Source: Mantamonas sphyraenae STR306 (taxonomy: Eukaryota > Protista > CRuMs). Taken from it: a stretch of 64,000 bases of DNA. Under the pieces are notes generated by a model. That model worked only from the letters and a program-made list of their open reading frames with translations, was not told the DNA's origin and did not search any database. The position numbers and the translations under genes are program-made. The stretch lies in NCBI GenBank assembly GCA_026936335.1, contig JAPMXV010000059.1, forward strand, positions 62,001 to 126,000. Direction: 5' to 3'. Positions 50,102 through 61,744 of the stretch are shown here, piece by piece. Numbering within the stretch: position 1 is the stretch's first letter; every line of letters starts with the position of its first letter.

Positions 50102-52045
50102 TCACTCCTCCTCGACGGCTTGCTTGAGCTGTGCAAGGGCCTGTTTGTACTCGGGGACAAGGTAGTGGAGATCTTGGGCGGGATGGTGAATCTCGGCCAT
50201 GGAACCAGCGTGGTGTGCCTTGGCGAGCATGCTGTTGAAGTGACGATACTCTTTGGACTGGAGGAGGTTGTAGCAGACACCGCGAGCGCCTGCGCGTGCT
50301 GTACGTCCCACACGATGGACATAGGTGCGAATGTGCACGGGGACGTCGTAGTTGACGACGGCATGGACGTTGTCGATGTCCATGCCACGTGCCATGGAGT
50401 CGGAACAGACGAGGACGTGGACGCGTGCAGCACGAAAGTCGTCGAGGATGCGGTCGCGTGCACGCTGGTCGAGTTGGGAGGAGTATTCGGCGACGGTGAG
50501 GCCCTGAAAGTGGGCCAGGAGGAGAGCAAGGCGATGGGTGCTCTGCACGGACGAGGTGAAACAGATGACACCCGTGCGTTGGGTGTCGTCGAGCACCCTG
50601 CGCAGCAGGTGGACAAGGACCATGGGTTTGTCGCCGGCACTGTCGCACAACACCTTGTACTCCGTGAGCCCCGCCGGCGTGGTGTACTTGCCGTCCACAC
50701 TGGTGCTGAACATCCGTGGCCGCACCAGTTTCAACTCGGCAATCTGCTTCGGATTCTGCGTCAGCGTGGCTGAAAAGAGCAGCTTTTGCAGCGGCACGCC
50801 ACGCGCACGCACACACCGCATCAGACTCTCCATCTCGGACGGTTCGGTCTTCCAGTTGCGCCACGTGTGCACCTGTCCTCCTCCGTCCTCCTCCTCCCGT
50901 GTGCGTGGATCGCGTGTGGCTGCGGCCAACACCCGTGGCAACCATCCTTGGTAGGACTGCGTGAGCAGCCGATCAGCCTCATCGACGACGAGGAAGCGCA
51001 AATGTTGCAAATCAAACCCTTCTGTGCCTTCCAGATGGTCCATGAGACGACCGGGCGTACACACGAGAACGTCTGCGTTCAGGACATGGGCCTGCTCCTC
51101 CGCAAACGAGTGCTGTCCCATGGCAATGGCCACACGCACACACGTGTCCCGTGCCACCGCCTCAAACACGGCCTGCACCTGTGTGACCAGGTTGCGCGTG
51201 GGCAGAATCACAAGTGCACGCAGCCGGCACACACGACGGGCCATCAGCGCGTGCACAATGGGCAACACATAACACAGCGTCTTGCCCGAGCCCGTGGGTG
51301 CACTCACACACGTGTCGTGCACCGCCGCCTCACTCACAGGCACAAACGCAGGCACACGCCCCGTGCCCGACGACAAGGTGGTGGAGGACGAAGAAGAAGA
51401 GGAGGAAGAAGAGGAGCCACGCGTCCATGACGCAAGCAGGTGCGGAATCACCGCATTCTGTACAGCAAACAGGGACTCGATGCCCTCGCGCGCAAGATTG
51501 TCCAGCAGTACCTGGGCCAGTCCCAACTGCGTGAGAGGCACCGGCGTTTCGTCGTCGCTGATCTGCACCGCCTCTTTCATCCACTGCGGCAGCACCACCT
51601 CCACACGACTGCGTTTGGGTGCAGGTTCGTCCAGCGCACGGTGGTGGCGGCGTTGTTCATCATCATCGTCGTCGTCGTCGTCGTCATCCTCTGTGTCGGA
51701 GGACGAGTCGTCGTGGCTGTGGCTGGAGGAGGCCGCCGCGGCCGCCGCCGCATGCCCAGCAGACGAAGCCGACGACTCTGAGCCAGCTGAGGACAAAGAG
51801 GACAAGGAAGCGACGGATTCGGCATCGCTGTCCTCATGTGCGTCCATGTGTGTATGTGTGTCGTGTGTGTGGAGTGTGTGTGTGTCGTCGTTGTCGTCGA
51901 CATCGTCCAGCTTGCGCTTGCGAGACTCCACCTTGGCTCGCAACAATTGCAGTTGCCGCTCCTTACGCGCCCTCCTCTCGTTCCGCTTCTCTTGCTTCTT
52001 TTTGTCCTCATGCGCCTCGCTCTGGTAGCGATGCACACGGAACAT
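50102..52045 (-). CDS. DDX51: DEAD-box RNA helicase DDX51/Dbp6
   Basis: APTGSGKT, PTRNL, TPGRL, DEADRLL, SAT, SDSMARGMD, YVHRVGRTARAG. Confidence 0.88.
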   Translation of the reverse strand: MFRVHRYQSEAHEDKKKQEKRNERRARKERQLQLLRAKVESRKRKLDDVDDNDDTHTLHTHDTHTHMDAHEDSDAESVASLSSLSSAGSESSASSAGHAAAAAAASSSHSHDDSSSDTEDDDDDDDDDDEQRRHHRALDEPAPKRSRVEVVLPQWMKEAVQISDDETPVPLTQLGLAQVLLDNLAREGIESLFAVQNAVIPHLLASWTRGSSSSSSSSSSSTTLSSGTGRVPAFVPVSEAAVHDTCVSAPTGSGKTLCYVLPIVHALMARRVCRLRALVILPTRNLVTQVQAVFEAVARDTCVRVAIAMGQHSFAEEQAHVLNADVLVCTPGRLMDHLEGTEGFDLQHLRFLVVDEADRLLTQSYQGWLPRVLAAATRDPRTREEEDGGGQVHTWRNWKTEPSEMESLMRCVRARGVPLQKLLFSATLTQNPKQIAELKLVRPRMFSTSVDGKYTTPAGLTEYKVLCDSAGDKPMVLVHLLRRVLDDTQRTGVICFTSSVQSTHRLALLLAHFQGLTVAEYSSQLDQRARDRILDDFRAARVHVLVCSDSMARGMDIDNVHAVVNYDVPVHIRTYVHRVGRTARAGARGVCYNLLQSKEYRHFNSMLAKAHHAGSMAEIHHPAQDLHYLVPEYKQALAQLKQAVEEE

Positions 52046-52103
52046 TGTGGTCGGAGTGTTGGACAGGACTGGCCACGCGCTCGCAGCCAACCTCGGCCCC
52101 CGC

Positions 52104-52993
52104 ATGCAAGACCTGGGCAAGGGGGAATCCCCTCCTGCGTCGCTTTCGCCTGTGGACGAAAAGTTCCGGGCCAAGTATGCGGTCGAGGATGCCGATGGCT
52201 CCTGGTTGAGGGAGTTTGGGCACAACAACTTCACTTTCATCCGCGGCGGCCGCTTTGTCCTCTTTGACAAGGTGCCGGCTGCCATGGGCAACATCCCTCT
52301 GGACGAATTGAATGCACCCATGTTGGCGTGTGAAGAGATCTTTCGCAACACATCCGTTTTCACACAGTATGCCGCCCGTCTCGGGTTTTCCCTGCTGTTC
52401 GTGGGCATCCTCGTCCTCCTTGGCTTCCCGGCCATGACGGACGGCAGCCAAGGAGAATTGGCAGTCATTCCAGCGCTGCTGTGTATCCTGGGTGCCGCTT
52501 GCATTGGATGGCACTTCTTCCAAATGTCGTCGTTGGTGCCAGGAAGGGTGAGTTTGTGGTGATGCTGATGCTGACGATGCTTGGTGTCGAAGAGAGAGAG
52601 AGAGTGTGTGTGTGTGTCCCTCTCGAAAAGCTGACCTCAACACACCCATCATTGCTCGTGTGTCCGACGCAGTGGCACACGGAGTGCAGCCAGATCTGTG
52701 AGCAGGCGTCGAAGAAAGCATCGTACCGTGCATCGAACCTCAACGTCTCGTTTGTGTTCAAGACGCCGTGGGCGGCGACCAAGGAAGGGTACGACGTTGA
52801 GGCGTACACGCGTACACGGAGCAGTGCCAAACCGTTGCTCCTCATGCTTGTGTACCAGCTGGACTCGGTTCACGAGCGTCAGGAGGAGAAGAGTGGCCGT
52901 TCCCTGGCATCGATTCGCATGGGAGGCGCACAGGCAACACCGGCGGGCCCGCCCCCGGGTTTCGAGGATTACACAGCCAATGAACGGGTTTAG
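52104..52993 (+). CDS. Hypothetical two-TM protein (intron 52548-52672)
   Basis: Phase-0 gtgagt..cag intron joins two ORFs; two hydrophobic helices; C-terminal PPPGFEDY. Confidence 0.55.
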
Positions 52994-53045
52994 AAGGAAA
53001 AGGTGGAAGGTGGAAGGTGCGCCGGCGGAGGCAGCGACGGACGAA

Positions 53046-54536
53046 ATGGAAAACCACACAATTCACCAGGAGGAAGAGGAAGAGGAGGAGCAGTTTGACG
53101 ACGTGCGATTGTTGGATGCCACGTCGGACAACCTGGCAGCGGACAAACAAGAAAAGCAGGGGCAGGGGCAGGCAGTGACGCCGTTGCCGCTGTTGAGTTT
53201 GGTGGTGCTGAGTTCGATTCTGCTCTGCGACGCCCTGTCGGTGACCTTCCTGTTTCCCTTTGTGGTGTTTATGGTGCGTGGGTACGATGGGGTGCAGGAC
53301 GAGCAGGTGGGCATGCTGAGTGGCCTGTTGGCGTCGTCGTTTGCCGTGAGTCAGCTGCTCTCTGCATTCCCCTGGGGCAGGCTCAGCGATCGCATCGGAC
53401 GCCGTCGCACCCTCCTCTCCGGCCTCTTGGGCAACATGGTGGCCATCCTTTTGTTTGGCCTCTCCAACAGCTACGCAACGGCCCTGTTGACACGCTGCCT
53501 TGGTGGGTTGGCAAACGGCAACGTTGGCATTGCCAAAGCCTATCTCTCGGACATCCTGGACCACACCAACATGAATGCAGGCTTCAGTATTTTGGGCCTG
53601 ATGTGGGGTGTGGGCAATGTGCTGGGTCCCGTCATTGGAGGCGTGTTGTACGGCGTCGGCACAGATGCGGGCTTCTCCCCACACATGGTCGCCTGCTTTG
53701 TCATCTGCGCCGTCCAGGTCGTCGGCTTTGTCGTCGGCCTCTTTGTGCTCAAGGAGCCGCGGCGTGAAACGACAGCGGAGGAGGAGGCGGCGGAAATGGA
53801 GGAAGCCGAATCACGCAGTCAGGAATCCGGATTGCAACAGGCATTGCGTCTGCTGAAGGATCCGGGAGTGCGTGCATCCGCAGTCTGCTACGCAATGATT
53901 GCTCTCATTTACATCACGTACGACGAGTCCATGCCTCTGTTGTTCAGCATGGACAAGAAGCGGTGGGGACTTGGCATGAGCAGCACGGACATTGGCATCA
54001 CCTTTGCCATCTCCGGCGCCCTGATTCTTGCCACACAGATTTTCATCTTTCCGCGTGTCGCCGACCGCCTAGGCGTGCGCAAAACCTTTATTGTGAGCCA
54101 AGTTACGGGCACGCTGTACTTTCTCACCTTCCCCTTGGTGAGTCTGCTCAAGGATGCCAGCGATTGGGTGCTGTGGCTCTTCCTCGTGTTCATGATTTTC
54201 AACCGGTCGTGGATTTCCGTGTTTGCATTCACGTCCTCCTTTGTGCTGGTCAACCAGAGTGCACCCGCGGACCAGCGAGGGGCGGCCAATGGGTTGGCAC
54301 AGAGTCTGGGCAGTGGCGCACGCGCTGTCGGCCCCTTCCTCGGCGGTTCCATCTTTGGGGCGTCAACAAACGCAGGTCTGGGGCTGTTTGGCGTCTTTGT
54401 GCTTTACATCATCCTGGTGGTGTTTAGCATGGGCAACAGCTGGCTGGCCATCACGGGCCTTGTTGACAGGCCGGTCAGCGAGACCAAAGCAGCTGCAAAC
54501 GTGGAGATGAAGAGCTTGGAGGACAAGAAGGTGTGA
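53046..54536 (+). CDS. Major facilitator superfamily transporter (DHA1/ZIFL-like)
   Basis: Motif A WGRLSDRIGRR, GPVIGG, about 12 TM helices, RGAANGL. Confidence 0.9.
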   Translation: MENHTIHQEEEEEEEQFDDVRLLDATSDNLAADKQEKQGQGQAVTPLPLLSLVVLSSILLCDALSVTFLFPFVVFMVRGYDGVQDEQVGMLSGLLASSFAVSQLLSAFPWGRLSDRIGRRRTLLSGLLGNMVAILLFGLSNSYATALLTRCLGGLANGNVGIAKAYLSDILDHTNMNAGFSILGLMWGVGNVLGPVIGGVLYGVGTDAGFSPHMVACFVICAVQVVGFVVGLFVLKEPRRETTAEEEAAEMEEAESRSQESGLQQALRLLKDPGVRASAVCYAMIALIYITYDESMPLLFSMDKKRWGLGMSSTDIGITFAISGALILATQIFIFPRVADRLGVRKTFIVSQVTGTLYFLTFPLVSLLKDASDWVLWLFLVFMIFNRSWISVFAFTSSFVLVNQSAPADQRGAANGLAQSLGSGARAVGPFLGGSIFGASTNAGLGLFGVFVLYIILVVFSMGNSWLAITGLVDRPVSETKAAANVEMKSLEDKKV

Positions 54537-54610
54537 GATGGGCGAAGGGAAGGGGAACAGAGGAAGCAGTGCACAAAAATGAACAATTTGGTATCCTCAC
54601 ATGCGCCGCC

Positions 54611-57600
54611 ATGTCCAACACAATGAGCAGCCAGCCAGCAGACCCTTCGCTCCAAGCGGTATGTCACTGGCCCCTCGTGTTTGCAAAACGTACACATGTA
54701 GCTGACACTCCTCCCTTTTGCTTGCACATGCCTTTGTCTGGACCTCGTTGCCTCTCGTGTGTGCGCGTGTGTGTGCGTGCGGTGTTTGCTCGAATTCGCG
54801 CCTCGTCCATTTGTGCGTCGTTGCCGTCGTCGCACATACGCCATCCCCACCACAGAACTTTGCCTTTATCACTGTGGGCCTGTTTGTGTCTGCGCTGGTG
54901 TCGTCGGCCAACAAATATGTGTCGACGGTGTTTCAGATGAGCCAGCACCGGCCGAAAGGTGTGTTTTGCCTCGGGAGGGCTCTCCGGGACAACCCGCACA
55001 CACAGAAACGCGGCGAGCACTGACACAGCGACCCCGATTGCCCTGGGCATGCACACGATCACACGGACACAAACCGCACACAGCACTGGCGCTGGGGTTC
55101 TTTGCTGGCGCGTGGTACTTTGCCTTCAACATGCTGGTGCTTGTGTTGAACAGCCCAGCCACGAGCGAGCTGGATCTGCTGTACAAGTCGTCGTTTGGGT
55201 TTGGGGCAATCACAATGGCGTTTGGGCCGTTTCTGGTGTTGACACCGACACGGTGCGTTGTGTGGTGGGATGCGTGGAGGCGGCAGGTGATGTGGGGAGA
55301 AGGAGAAACGCTGACACAGACACTGGCTGGCTGGAGCGCAGCCAAATCGCCCTGAAGAAGGAGACCTTTTTCAAGAAGCTGGTGATGGGTGCACAGAAGG
55401 ACGAGACGCGGTACTTTGCGCTGAGCATGTTTTGTGTGCTGACGGCGATGCAGGTGTTTGTGGTGTATTCGATCTACGTGGTGCTGGAGTCGCTCACAAA
55501 CGACCTGCGCCTGATCCTGGGCATTGTGGTGGGCTACTCCCTCGTGTGTGTGTTCTACCTGGTGATCTTCTACTCGGTGATGATGAAGAAGGAGGTTGTG
55601 ATCGGCGGGATCAACCTGATGGACCAGATCCGCAAGAACATCAAGGTGCGGAAGGGTGGGAAGAACGAGGATGCGTCTGCGCCGCAGCTGTACGACGAAG
55701 AGGGCAACCCGTACACGTATGTGAATGTGCTGAACCACAAACATTACGTCAAGGTGTACCTGGCTGCGTTTGTGGTTGTGACGTTGGGCTGCGCCGGGAT
55801 GGTGATCTATCTGTTTGTGGAGCAGAGTGCAGCATGGGATGCGATGAGTGTGCTTGGACAGACGATTGTGACGGGCTTCTTTGTGCTGAATGTGCTCACT
55901 GTGATTGTGCTTGTGATCTTTGTGCTGAACATTGCGTTCCACCCTGTGAACATGGCCACAGAGGTGGTGATGGACGACGGGCGGGTGGTGTCGATTGACA
56001 AGGTAAGGGGGTGAGCGTGGAAGGAATGATGCGACAAGGGGGTGGGTGAGGGCACACACACACTGACACGAGAGACGACGGGTTGGGACAGATTCGCTAC
56101 TGCGCGGTGGCGAGGCAGAGCGACCGTGTGCCGCTGTTTGCGTATGGACAATCGTTTGACCCTGCGAAAGGGTCGATCATGCGGCTGGTGATGAAGCACA
56201 TGGAGTCGTGCGACAACAGTGCGTGGTACAGGGGCAGTTCGTCGCTGGGCACGTATGGAAAGCTGCACCAGAGCAACGACTGGCGATGCATGTATGTGCT
56301 GCTGACGGGCGAGTCGTACAACAACGACCTGGCTGAGCACTTTCTGTTCAAGATGCAGACGTATGTGCAGGGACGGTACTACGGAGAGGTGGAAAGCGAG
56401 GAGGCGCTGGACAGCGTGTCGCCGCTGGGGTGGATGAGCGGCTGCTACGGGTTTGTGGATGCACTGGCGAACGAGTACAGCGAGGAGAAGAAGCTCAAGG
56501 CACTCGGCGAGGAGGCAGTGGCCTTTAAGGAGGTGATGGCGTATCTGGGCGAAGCTGCTGAGCAGCGGAAGCGCATCCTGAAGCACTTTTGCTCGGTCGA
56601 GTCTGTCAAGGATCGTCAAGATGTGCATTATCGTGTGCACAAGGCTGTACAAGAGCATTTTTTGGCCACAACTGGAAGCAGCAGCCAGCTGACCACTGCG
56701 TTGCGCGCTGCACGCCGCCGAAAGGCTGACAAAGACGCACCGCCGGTATCATCCTCATCGTCGCGGCCGTCCAACCTTATTCTGGACATTGTAGAGGTCG
56801 GTGCGACCGACAACGAGTATGCGGCGTTTAACGACTACATGTACCGGGACGGCGACGGATTCCTGCTTGTGTACAGCCAAACTTCGCGTGCGTCCTTTGA
56901 CGAGCTGCCGACCATTGTGGAACGCATCTACAGGGTGAAAGACACGGACCGGCTGGCCATGCTTGTGGTAGGCAACAAGTGCGACCTGGAGGAAGAGCGG
57001 CAGGTTGCAGACTCGGAAGGAGAGGCGTACGCAGACTCGCTGGGGTTCCGCACGCCGTATGTGTCGACGAGTGCCAAGCACCGCATCAATGTGGATGAAG
57101 CTTTTGGCAGATTGGCGGCACGTGCGCCTCTGAAGGGCGGTTCGAACGAGCTGAAGCTAATTGTGGTGGGCGCCGGTGGCGTGGGCAAGTCAGCACTGAT
57201 TGTTCAGCATTTGACGGGCGTTTTTATGGACGAGTACGACCCGACAATTGAGGACTCGTACCGCAAGCAGGTGAATCTGGATGGGTTTGGTGACGACAGC
57301 GACTTGTTTTCGGACGGTCCCGCAAAGAACATGAAGAAGAAGAAGGGCGGATTCAGCGGAGGCAAGAGCAGCAGCAGCAAGCCCAAACCGCCGCCCGAGC
57401 CAAAGTTGGACGAGCCGAAGCGCAAGGAACGGCCAAAGAAGTCGTCGAAAGTGCAGGAGGGAAGCGAAAGTGCACAGGAAGCGAAGCCCATGGACACAGA
57501 CAAGGATGTGCAACCGGATGCGTCGCGCAAAGGCAAGAAGAAGAAGAGGATGGACGTGGAAAACGAGAGGTTGGAATTGGGTGTGATGATGAACGACGGC

Positions 57601-59292
57601 CTGATGCAGGAGGTTGTAGTAGAGGTGGAGCTGGATGAGGACGAAGCGGCCAAGGAGCTTGCACGCATGCAGCGGTACTGGGCAACGATGCGCTCGTCGT
57701 ACCGCATGGGTGGCCAGCGCATGGAAGGGGTCAAGGGCATGAGCAAGCTGCAGTTGCGTGTGGAACAGGTGCAGAGGAAGAGTGCGGCGATGCAGGGACC
57801 ATCGCGTATGGAGGCGTCGAACGGAGAGAACGTGCGTGTGAGTGCAGATGGCCTGACGGTGGAGCATGCGGAAGAGGCGGCGCGAGAGCACAGCGCGTAC
57901 GTGTGCAGCGACTTGCCGTTTGTGCGAGGTGTGAGCGTGTTTGAAGCGGTTGTGACGTGCGAGGACGAGGTGGGTGGAGGAGTGGCGATTGGAGTGAGTA
58001 CAGAGATGAGTCTGCGTGGTGTGGAGGGCGGGCGAACGGGCGCTGTGTTTGCACTGCGATCGGACGGACGGCTGGTCAAGACACCGGGAGATCTGAGGGA
58101 GGCAGGAGCAGAGGCGACGTTCTGCGGCGGGTTTGAACCAGAGGCGTGGAAGGGAGAGGGTGGAGCGGAGGTGTGGGAGGCGGATGAGGAGGAGGAGGCT
58201 GCGGCGGGGATGGGAGGCTTGTATGGAAACAAGGGCAAGGGCAAGGGCAAGGGCAAAGACGCGGTGGATGATGAACCAGGGAAGCTGGAAGCGATGGTGG
58301 CGAGCAAGCGATGCCGTGTGGTGAGCGTGCTTGTGGACTATGAGCGGGGATGTGTGGCGTATGCGGTGGACGGGGTGTACCAGGGAGTGGCGTATGCAGG
58401 GATGGGGCAGGAGAACAAGGCGGTGTATGCGTGTGTGATGGGCACACAGGAGGGCAAGTGGAAGGTGGAGATGAACTTTGGGCATGCGCCGCTTCGGTAC
58501 CGAGGAGCGTTTGGACGGGTGCGTGGACAGGGGATGTTTGTAAAGGCGTTCAATGTGAGCAAGCCCGAGAGCATGGCAAGCCCAGTGATGCTGAAGGAGG
58601 TGCGGGAGGCGGTGGACAAGGCGAACGCAAAACTGGTGGAGGAGTTGGAGAAGGAGGTGGACAAGGCCAAAGGGCGAGAAAATGGAAGGGAGGTGTCGAT
58701 GGCAGGGGACGTGGTGATGGAGATGCAGCAGCGCACAAAGGATCTGGTGATGCGGGCGGCGCTGGAGTCCTGGGGTGGCCTCGGTACAGCCGAACAGATG
58801 TACATTGTGGAGCGAGTGCGCTCGGCACAGAAGGAGGTTGTGGCCAGGATGGCGGAGGAAGGGTGGTTGCACGCCGCACCCAAGGCGTTCCAAGTGCAGG
58901 TGATGCGTGATCTGACGCTAAGCCACGACGAAATGACGTTGCTTGCAGCAGAGTGCATGCCCAGCGTGGAGGGCAAGGGAAACAGCGATGCGGCAGAGGC
59001 ACACGTACAGTACGCCCGCTTTCATGCTCACGTGGGCATGTCACTGTACCTTGCGTTTGAAGCGATGCTGTGGACGAGTGCGGCGAGCGTGGCGGAGGCG
59101 AAAAAGGTGCTTCAGCGCGTCGAACGGACGATGGAAGAGACTCTAAAGGTGGTGAAGCCGACCAAATCCGACTCTGCCAGCATGAATGTGGACCATGCCG
59201 AGGTGTGGGAGCAGTACCTGTTTGCGCTCGCCTTGCATGACACGCTGCTCGTGTGGCTGGGTGAACTGAGCGAGACACTGTCGGCTGCGTGA
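54611..59292 (+). CDS. 7TM + longin/R-SNARE-like + circularly permuted Ras + SPRY + helical domain fusion (exons 54611-54658, 54856-54958, 55084-55252, 55342-56002, 56092-59292; ~1393 aa)
   Basis: Four GT-AG introns with matching phases; NKCD and TSAK precede GAGGVGKS and YDPTIEDSY; SPRY-type VAIGV...VDG-YQG-AY...NFG. Confidence 0.75.
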
Positions 59293-59356
59293 GGGATGGA
59301 GAAGCGGGGGCATGGGCATGGATGGAGTGCGTAGTGAAGAGTGTGTTCATTGGCAA

Positions 59357-60289
59357 TCACTTGTCTCCTTTGTAGAGGGGGGACGCGAAGCAGGAGGTGA
59401 CGTGGTCGTTCACCAGTCCGATGGCCTGCATGAAAGACAGCATGGTTGTGGGACCCAGCCACTTGAAACCGCGCTTTTTGAACACCTTTGCCATGGCAGT
59501 GGACTCTTTGGTGAAGCCGATTGTCTTTGGGTCTCCGCGGAGGTCGGGCTTGTCAAAAACGATGGGTTTGTTGCCGGGAACGAAGCCGCTGTTGTACACA
59601 AAGTGGTGAAAGGTGGTTCCATCTTCCTGGCGCAGCTTGGCGATGGCCTGGGCGTTGTTGACCATGGCCGATACTTTGGCACGGTTGCGGATGATGCGCG
59701 TGTCCTGGAGCAGCTCGTCGACCTTGTCGGCGTCGTATTGGGCCACGGTGTCGACGTCAAAGTTATCAAAGGCATCGCGCATACCCTGGCGCTTGGACAA
59801 GGTGATGGCCCAGGAGAGGCCTGTGTGGCGAGAGTCAGTGGAAGGGTTCCCGGGAACTCGCTGTTTGTCTGCAGCCTTTTCCGCAGGCTGCTGCTCGAGA
59901 CACACACACGTACCGCTTTGCATGCTCTCCAACGTGAGCATCTCAAACAGTTGATTGTCAGCCTGGTCGCCTTTCTCGATGGGCACGCCCCATTCGTCGT
60001 CATGGTAGGCGACGAGCAGCGGGTTTTCGGCCTGTGCGTAGCCGACCCAGTGGCAACGTGGACGGCCATCGCTGCCCACCTTGGCCGTGACCATGAGCTT
60101 GTTGACAACCGCCCCCGAGTCGGAGGACGATGCCTTTGACTTTGCCTTGCCACTTGCACGCTGGCGCTTGGTATCTTGCGGCGAAAAGTCGGCGTCGTCG
60201 CCCGCGTCGTCGTCGATGTCCCCTTCGCCACCACCATCGACACCGAGGCGAGTGACTTGCTTTCGAGTGCGCTTGGAGCGACGAGACAT
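59357..60289 (-). CDS. tag: DNA-3-methyladenine glycosylase I (Tag family; intron 59913-59821)
   Basis: [59 protein letters not shown]. Confidence 0.9.
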   Translation of the reverse strand: MSRRSKRTRKQVTRLGVDGGGEGDIDDDAGDDADFSPQDTKRQRASGKAKSKASSSDSGAVVNKLMVTAKVGSDGRPRCHWVGYAQAENPLLVAYHDDEWGVPIEKGDQADNQLFEMLTLESMQSGTCVCLEQQPAEKAADKQRVPGNPSTDSRHTGLSWAITLSKRQGMRDAFDNFDVDTVAQYDADKVDELLQDTRIIRNRAKVSAMVNNAQAIAKLRQEDGTTFHHFVYNSGFVPGNKPIVFDKPDLRGDPKTIGFTKESTAMAKVFKKRGFKWLGPTTMLSFMQAIGLVNDHVTSCFASPLYKGDK

Positions 60290-60372
60290 TTGGGCAAAGG
60301 TGGATGGAAAGGAAAGTTTGGGGGAGGGGTGGTTGGACGGGCGCGGGGTCCGGCAAACCAAGACAACACACC

Positions 60373-61528
60373 ATGGGGCTGTACCTTTCCAAGGCGTTGG
60401 CCTCGCTGTTTGGCAACACAGAGATGCGCATTGTGATGATTGGACTGGATGCCGCGGGAAAGACCACGTGCCTGTACAAGCTTTCTTTGGGTGAGTTGCT
60501 TGGTGTGTCCACGTGCGCACCACGCACCTCTGGGCGCTGTCGTGCTGCCCACACTGGTGACCGGTTCCCCTGTGCCTGTGCATTGGGGGGGGATGGCACT
60601 ACTGCGGTGCGCGTGTCTTTGCACGCACGCTGCGTCGTGTCGCACACGTGACGTGGCAGAAGGGAGGGGTGGGAGAATTGGGTGGAAGGGTGTGAGGAGG
60701 GCCCAACCCGCGCTGACACAAGAGGTGCGCACTGGGATGCACAGGTGAGGTGGTGGACACCATGCCCACACTGGGTTTCAATGTGGAAACGGTGGAGTAC
60801 AACAATGTGTCGTTCACAGGTGAGTGGTGGTCCGGCCTGGGTTACGGGGCAAGGCGAATTCTCCCGCCCCGCCAACCCCCTCTTGCCGCACGCTCTCCAG
60901 TGGCACACAGACACGCAAAACTCACGCTCGCATGCGCGCACGCACACAGTGTGGGACGTGGGAGGACAGGACAAGATCCGCCAGCTGTGGCAGCACTACT
61001 ACGCAGATGTTCAGGTGAGTTTCCGTTTTTCCGTGAGCCGCTCTCGTGGCGCTGTGGCAAACGGCTTGGGCATTTTGGATTGTGGCAGTTCCCCCCGCTC
61101 ACCCTCTCCCCCCGCTTTCCCCTCCTCACGGACCTCTGCTCACACACACTACCCGTTGGACACGTCGACGACACGTGTGTGTATGGATACACACGGCCGT
61201 GACCACACACACACACACACACACGTCACACGTCGCACAGGGAGTGATCTTTGTGGTCGACAGCAACGATCGCGAGCGTTTGGAGGAGGCCCGCGAGGAG
61301 TTTAGCAACGTGGTGGGCCACTCGGATCTGGACAAGGCTGTGGTGCTGGTGCTGGCCAACAAGCAGGACCTGCCCGAAGCCATGAGCACCTCGGAGATTG
61401 CCGAGGGCCTGGGTCTCAACAACCTCAAGTCCCACGAATGGTTCGTCCAGCCCACTGTCGCCACAGAAGGCACCGGCCTCTACGAGGGGCTCGACTGGCT
61501 CGTCGACAAGGTCAAGAACAAGGCATGA
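60373..61528 (+). CDS. ADP-ribosylation factor family GTPase (introns 60491-60744, 60820-60949, 61015-61240)
   Basis: MG myristoylation start, [31 protein letters not shown]. Confidence 0.92.
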
Positions 61529-61744
61529 TGATGGGCAGAATGGATTGAAAAGCTTTTTTTGGTGATGCCGTGGATTTTGTTTCCACCCCCTCCTCCTTCC
61601 CCGCACGTGCACCCTGATGGAAACCATTGTGTTGTTGGCGGTGTGTGGGTTGCTGTGCAGTTGTCTCGACGGCATGTGTGAGGAGATGACAAGCTGACAA
61701 GCTGACCACCGGCAGCGGGGTTGTTGTTGCACCGAAGTTTCACA

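Noticed and set aside
52046-52504. N-terminal extension of the DDX51 ORF (also the 47149-47349 and 11885-12001 extensions of other ORFs)
   Set aside because: These rely on non-ATG or upstream starts, overlap neighbouring genes or precede a clear signal peptide
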